This document shows positions 60,161 through 64,000 of a stretch of DNA of 64,000 bases, one piece after another (the first letter of the stretch is position 1; each line of letters starts with the position of its first letter). The position numbers and the translations under genes are program-made. This DNA comes from Candidatus Babeliales bacterium. GTDB taxonomy: Bacteria > Babelota > Babeliae > Babelales > JANWKD01. Where the stretch lies: the NCBI GenBank assembly GCA_963722255.1, contig CAVRJO010000002.1:448001-512000 (forward strand), given 5' to 3'. The notes beneath the pieces are model-generated. The model searched no databases and was not told where the DNA came from. It saw only the letters and a program-made list of their open reading frames with translations.

Positions 60161-61234
60161 TTATTTAAGCTCAGCTTCTTCTTTTTGAGGTGTTCCAAAT
60201 TTGACTTTGTAAAGGCTTTCTTTGGCAATAGTTTTCAACTCACTAAACAATTTTGTTTCGGCTCTAAACTTCTCTTGTCGATCTTTCATAATATCTATTG
60301 ATTCTCGAATTGATACAATTTTTCTACCAATATCAGATATTTCTTCAGATTTTTGCTCTTCGGGTTGTTTTGACAACTTTTCTCGACTCTCAAGTAAATA
60401 TTCTAATTGCTTTTCATAATCATGTTCTTTTGAAAGCGTTTCTTCTAAATGATTATTAATTTTAATAATTTTGCTTTCGGCTAAATCAACAAGATTCGAT
60501 AGTGTTTTCTGATCATAATAAGGTAAAATAACTTTCAAAACTTCGTTCTTCGGCTTAACATCAGCCCATGCTAACAAAAGTTGCGATGATTCTGACGGCA
60601 TAGCAGCAACACTTGTTAAACCAAACGCGTTTTTAAGTTCATTTTCTTGTGGTTTAGCTCCATGCTCAATAAGCAACTTAAGAATAGCCGCTTTTTCACT
60701 ATCATTAATACCCAATCTAATAACCAAGATCATAGGCGTATTTTTATATTCATCTTTCTCATTAATTTCACCTTTTTTCTCTAATTTTTCAATAAAAGCT
60801 ATAATGCGTTCTTTTTCAGAAGATCGCAAAACATTTCGGAATTCATTTAAATCTGATTGAATCTGTTTTTGTTTTTCCTCATCTGACAATGTTGTAGCTC
60901 CAACAACCCCAGCGACACCCAATGTTGCACCCCATCTATTCCCATACCGGCGCTCTGAAAACTTACCAGCATTAATGTCTAATTTACCTGCTCCACGACC
61001 CACTGATGATTTAGAAAATGATTTTGTAAAAATTGATTGTGAGGCACCTTTTTGTGGACACGTAACTTGTGTTCCAGTTTTGGGAGTTACTAATCCTTTC
61101 CCTAATTGACCGACAGAACTTCTGGTGACTATTTCACGACCGGCTAAAGAACTTTTCCTACGCCAAGCTGCTTCTAATATAAATGACTGACTCAACACCA
61201 TAATCATAACGGCTATTAATTTTAAATTTTTCAT
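60161..61234 (-). CDS. Secreted protein of the 30526 family with an ankyrin-like repeat and coiled coil
   Basis: MKNLKLI..SQSFILEA; TCP; INEKDEYKNTP...LLIEHGA; ends KEEAELK. Confidence 0.78.
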   Translation of the reverse strand: MKNLKLIAVMIMVLSQSFILEAAWRRKSSLAGREIVTRSSVGQLGKGLVTPKTGTQVTCPQKGASQSIFTKSFSKSSVGRGAGKLDINAGKFSERRYGNRWGATLGVAGVVGATTLSDEEKQKQIQSDLNEFRNVLRSSEKERIIAFIEKLEKKGEINEKDEYKNTPMILVIRLGINDSEKAAILKLLIEHGAKPQENELKNAFGLTSVAAMPSESSQLLLAWADVKPKNEVLKVILPYYDQKTLSNLVDLAESKIIKINNHLEETLSKEHDYEKQLEYLLESREKLSKQPEEQKSEEISDIGRKIVSIRESIDIMKDRQEKFRAETKLFSELKTIAKESLYKVKFGTPQKEEAELK

Positions 61235-61549
61235 AAGATCTCGCTTTATAATAAAAGAGTTCATTAAATACCATAGTTTTTTCGCAAAGGCTTTTGCGCT
61301 CATGCTCCATTTTCTTAATGATACAGTAATTTACTTCAGCTTGTAAATATATTAAAAACAAACTATTACTATTTTTACAACTTCCTAAAAAATTAAAAAT
61401 GATTTTGTTCCATTTTCTTCATAAATACAAAGTTCAATAGCGTCAGCACATGAAGCACTCATGATATTTAATGAAACACTATTATGGGTGCCATCATGAG
61501 AAAGAAAACGGGTGTAAATGGTTGCACATAGATTGGTTGTATGCGTTGA

Positions 61550-62008
61550 TCAAATGACTCTAAACTCTAAAATATCCCGGAAATCAACATTCCATTCAGA
61601 AATTTTATTTCCACTTTCGGTAATTGTTTCCCTTGGGGTTACATATAAGTAACAGGTATTTGCATCAAAAGGTGGCAAACCTTTTGATCTTTCTTGAAAT
61701 ATTTCATAAAACAAACAATGGTTTTGCACAAATACCGTATTATTTTCTTTATATAAAACCCAAAGGGCAATCCATGGATTTTCTATGGGTCCAGCAAATT
61801 TTACTACAAAACAGGAAAAGCTGTGAGTTTTAATTCTTTCAATGGCTTCTCTCCATTGTTGTTTATATTCATCAACAGTCCACATATCAAGCGCCATATA
61901 AAAAGTTTCTTTTAAATCACCAATCGTAATTTGTCCTCTATACGCTTTAATATTATTAATAGTTTCCGGTTTTTTGCTTATTACTTCGATATTAAAATTT
62001 TTTATCAA
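61550..62008 (-). CDS. CdiI-like immunity protein
   Basis: G.I.IGD..ETF....D.W..DEYK.QW, WVLY.E...V.VQN, RET....G..ISEW. Confidence 0.7.
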   Translation of the reverse strand: MIKNFNIEVISKKPETINNIKAYRGQITIGDLKETFYMALDMWTVDEYKQQWREAIERIKTHSFSCFVVKFAGPIENPWIALWVLYKENNTVFVQNHCLFYEIFQERSKGLPPFDANTCYLYVTPRETITESGNKISEWNVDFRDILEFRVI

Positions 62009-62081
62009 TTTTTATTAACTTTCAATTGAAGTTTTATCTCTTTTACTTATAAAATCTCCGGTTATCCAAGCAGATTTAGGA

Positions 62082-62543
62082 TCAAATAACTCTAAACTCT
62101 AAAATATCCTGTAAATCAACACTCCATTCAGAAATTTTATCGCCATCTTCAGTTGTTGTTTCTCTAGGTAATATAATATATAAATAACACGAATTCGCAT
62201 CAAAAGGTGGCAACCCCTTCGATCGTTCTTGAAATATCTCATAAAATAAGTATTGATTGTGAATATAAATAACACTTTCTTCTTTATATAAAGTCCAAAG
62301 GACAATCCTTGGACTTTTTAATGTACCCTCAAAACACACAACGAGACATGAACTATCATGAGTTTTAATTCTTTCAATGCCTTCTTTCCATTGTTGTTTA
62401 TATTCATCTATCGACCAATTATCATAAGACATAATAAAAGTTTCAGTAAAATCCCCTACTGTAATTCTACCCCTATAATATTTTCTTCTATAAATAGTTT
62501 CTGCCTTTTTACTTATTACCTCGATATTAAAATTTTTTATCAA
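62082..62543 (-). CDS. CdiI-like immunity protein
   Basis: Paralog with the same motifs. Confidence 0.7.
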   Translation of the reverse strand: MIKNFNIEVISKKAETIYRRKYYRGRITVGDFTETFIMSYDNWSIDEYKQQWKEGIERIKTHDSSCLVVCFEGTLKSPRIVLWTLYKEESVIYIHNQYLFYEIFQERSKGLPPFDANSCYLYIILPRETTTEDGDKISEWSVDLQDILEFRVI

Positions 62544-62616
62544 TTTTTATTAACTTTCAATTGAAGTTTTATCTCTTTTACTTATAAAATCTCTGGTTAT
62601 CCAAGGAGATTTGGCA

Positions 62617-63066
62617 TCAAATGACTCTAAACTCTAGAACATCTTTCAAATCAATTTTCCACTCAGAAATTTTATAACCATCTGTAATGGTTTCACGCGG
62701 TTTTACATATAAATAACATGTTTTTACATCGAACAGAGGCAATCCTTTAGCTATTTCATGAAACCCATCAAAAAAACAATGATTTTGCACAAAAACCATA
62801 TCATTTTCTTTATATAAAACCCAAAGTTCCACCCATGGATTTTCTTGTAGTCCGGTAAAATCTGCCACAAGACACGAACGATCGTGAGTTTTAATCCTTT
62901 CAATAGCTTCTTTCCATTGTTCTTTATACTCGTCTATAGTCCAATTATCAAAGGACATTAGAAAGGTTTCAGTAAAGTCTCCAACCGTGATTCTACCTCT
63001 ATAATATTTTTTTCTATTAACTGTTTCTGGTTTCTTACTTATTACTTCTATATTAAAATTTTTCAT
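62617..63066 (-). CDS. CdiI-like immunity protein
   Basis: Paralog with the same motifs. Confidence 0.7.
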   Translation of the reverse strand: MKNFNIEVISKKPETVNRKKYYRGRITVGDFTETFLMSFDNWTIDEYKEQWKEAIERIKTHDRSCLVADFTGLQENPWVELWVLYKENDMVFVQNHCFFDGFHEIAKGLPLFDVKTCYLYVKPRETITDGYKISEWKIDLKDVLEFRVI

Positions 63067-63293
63067 AGATTATTTGAACTCTTGATAGCTAAGTAAGAAA
63101 AAATTTTCATAAATCCTATCATTTTATTACAACCCTATCAATAAATTCTTTTTACTGGCTTGATTTATCTATTTTTTCGTGTAATATAAGCTACAATATA
63201 AAAATAGCTTTACAAAAAGCTACGCCCCTGGTAGCATTTATGCATATAAAATTTTGAACTAGAAACAAAACAAAATATACGAAAGGTACTATA

Positions 63294-63593
63294 TTGAGCT
63301 TACTAATAAATGAACTTAAAGATCCAACCTTTGCATTCGGCGAAATTTGCGCAATATTAGACCAAAAACCTATGCCAATCAGCGATCTAAATTTATGTAT
63401 TCAGAATAATATCATAGCACAAGGCGGTTTTGCTAATTTCTCAAAAAAAACAGGATTAGATGTAAATTATCTTCAGAATATTTTGCATCCATTAAATAAA
63501 CTGTTACTTCATGAGCTAAATTTTCTACTACAAGCTTTGGGTTTCTCATTTAATAAAAATCTAGAAAACATACTACTAACAGCAATGGTTTAA
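63294..63593 (+). CDS. Degenerate HI1420-type addiction-module antidote HTH protein
   Basis: IIAQGGFANFSKKTGL....L..ILHP....L....LL.ALGF. Confidence 0.6.
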   Translation: MSLLINELKDPTFAFGEICAILDQKPMPISDLNLCIQNNIIAQGGFANFSKKTGLDVNYLQNILHPLNKLLLHELNFLLQALGFSFNKNLENILLTAMV

Positions 63594-63680
63594 TTTTTCT
63601 CAAATAATTCACGCTTAATGCTTCTTTTCCAGTGCCAATTCACGATCAAAACATTAATAATAAGCGAATTAGAAATATCT

Positions 63681-64000
63681 ATGAAAGAAAAAATACTAAA
63701 CTTAAAAGAAAAAAATATCGCCTCAGAATATCTTAATTCTACTGCAAAACAAAATAATACCGGCGAAATACTCCTGGCTTTACACAATATTGCTATAGCT
63801 CAAGGGGGATTCACAAAACTAGCAAAAAATACAAATTTAAACCGTGAAAATCTCTACAAAATTTTACATCCTGAAGGGAATCCACAATTAAATACTTTTA
63901 TATTAATTTTGAACTGGCTTGGATTTGATCTTGCTTTTAAAGAAAAATCAACTCTCTTTAAACACGAAACAAAATTAAACACTATAGCGGACGCTTATCC
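63681..64000 (+). CDS. HI1420-type antidote HTH protein (runs off window end; not in ORF track)
   Basis: EYLN...LLALHNIAIAQGGFTKLAKNTNLNRENLYKILHPEGNPQLNTF. Confidence 0.8.
   Translation, partial: MKEKILNLKEKNIASEYLNSTAKQNNTGEILLALHNIAIAQGGFTKLAKNTNLNRENLYKILHPEGNPQLNTFILILNWLGFDLAFKEKSTLFKHETKLNTIADAY

Noticed and set aside
61388..61549. Open frame on the minus strand (STHTTNLCATIYTRF...KSFLIF*) as a stranded gene end
   Set aside because: No parent gene in the window and no recognisable motif
482..63787. Numerous short antisense or overlapping ORFs in the track (e.g. 482-763, 5391-5624, 27143-27400, 58589-58921)
   Set aside because: Shadow frames of well-supported genes
1..64000. tRNA, rRNA, integrase, reverse transcriptase or prophage genes
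   Set aside because: No recognisable cloverleaf, rRNA sequence or relevant protein motifs were seen

Overview
AT-rich bacterial window. Gene content suggests an intracellular parasite of protists, probably Candidatus Dependentiae (Babelota/TM6); this is inferred from gene content, not from a database hit. Housekeeping genes: potABC, an Omp85/BamA-family gene, gltX, rpsU, rbfA, prepilin peptidase, a type IV pilin, a divergent FolC-like protein, atpI/atpB/atpE, sufU, nurA, sufS and a cysteine synthase. Between them lie many signal-peptide-bearing, eukaryote-like candidate effectors: three C2H2 zinc-finger proteins, a double-MYND protein, F-box-like and BTB/Skp1-LRR proteins, coiled-coil membrane proteins, and a family with mitochondrial-presequence-like N-termini. 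Twelve of these share a 'signal peptide then Met-Glu' junction. Other highlights: an ATP synthase c subunit with four fused hairpins; stranded gene 3' ends (mostly synonymous changes) flanking inserted accessory genes; three tandem orphan CdiI-like immunity genes; an IS630 inserted in a hairpin; two MITEs; and a nested palindromic repeat family. Several single-base frameshifts, mostly at 1.5-4.7 kb, look like consensus errors. No rRNA, tRNA or CRISPR array was recognised.
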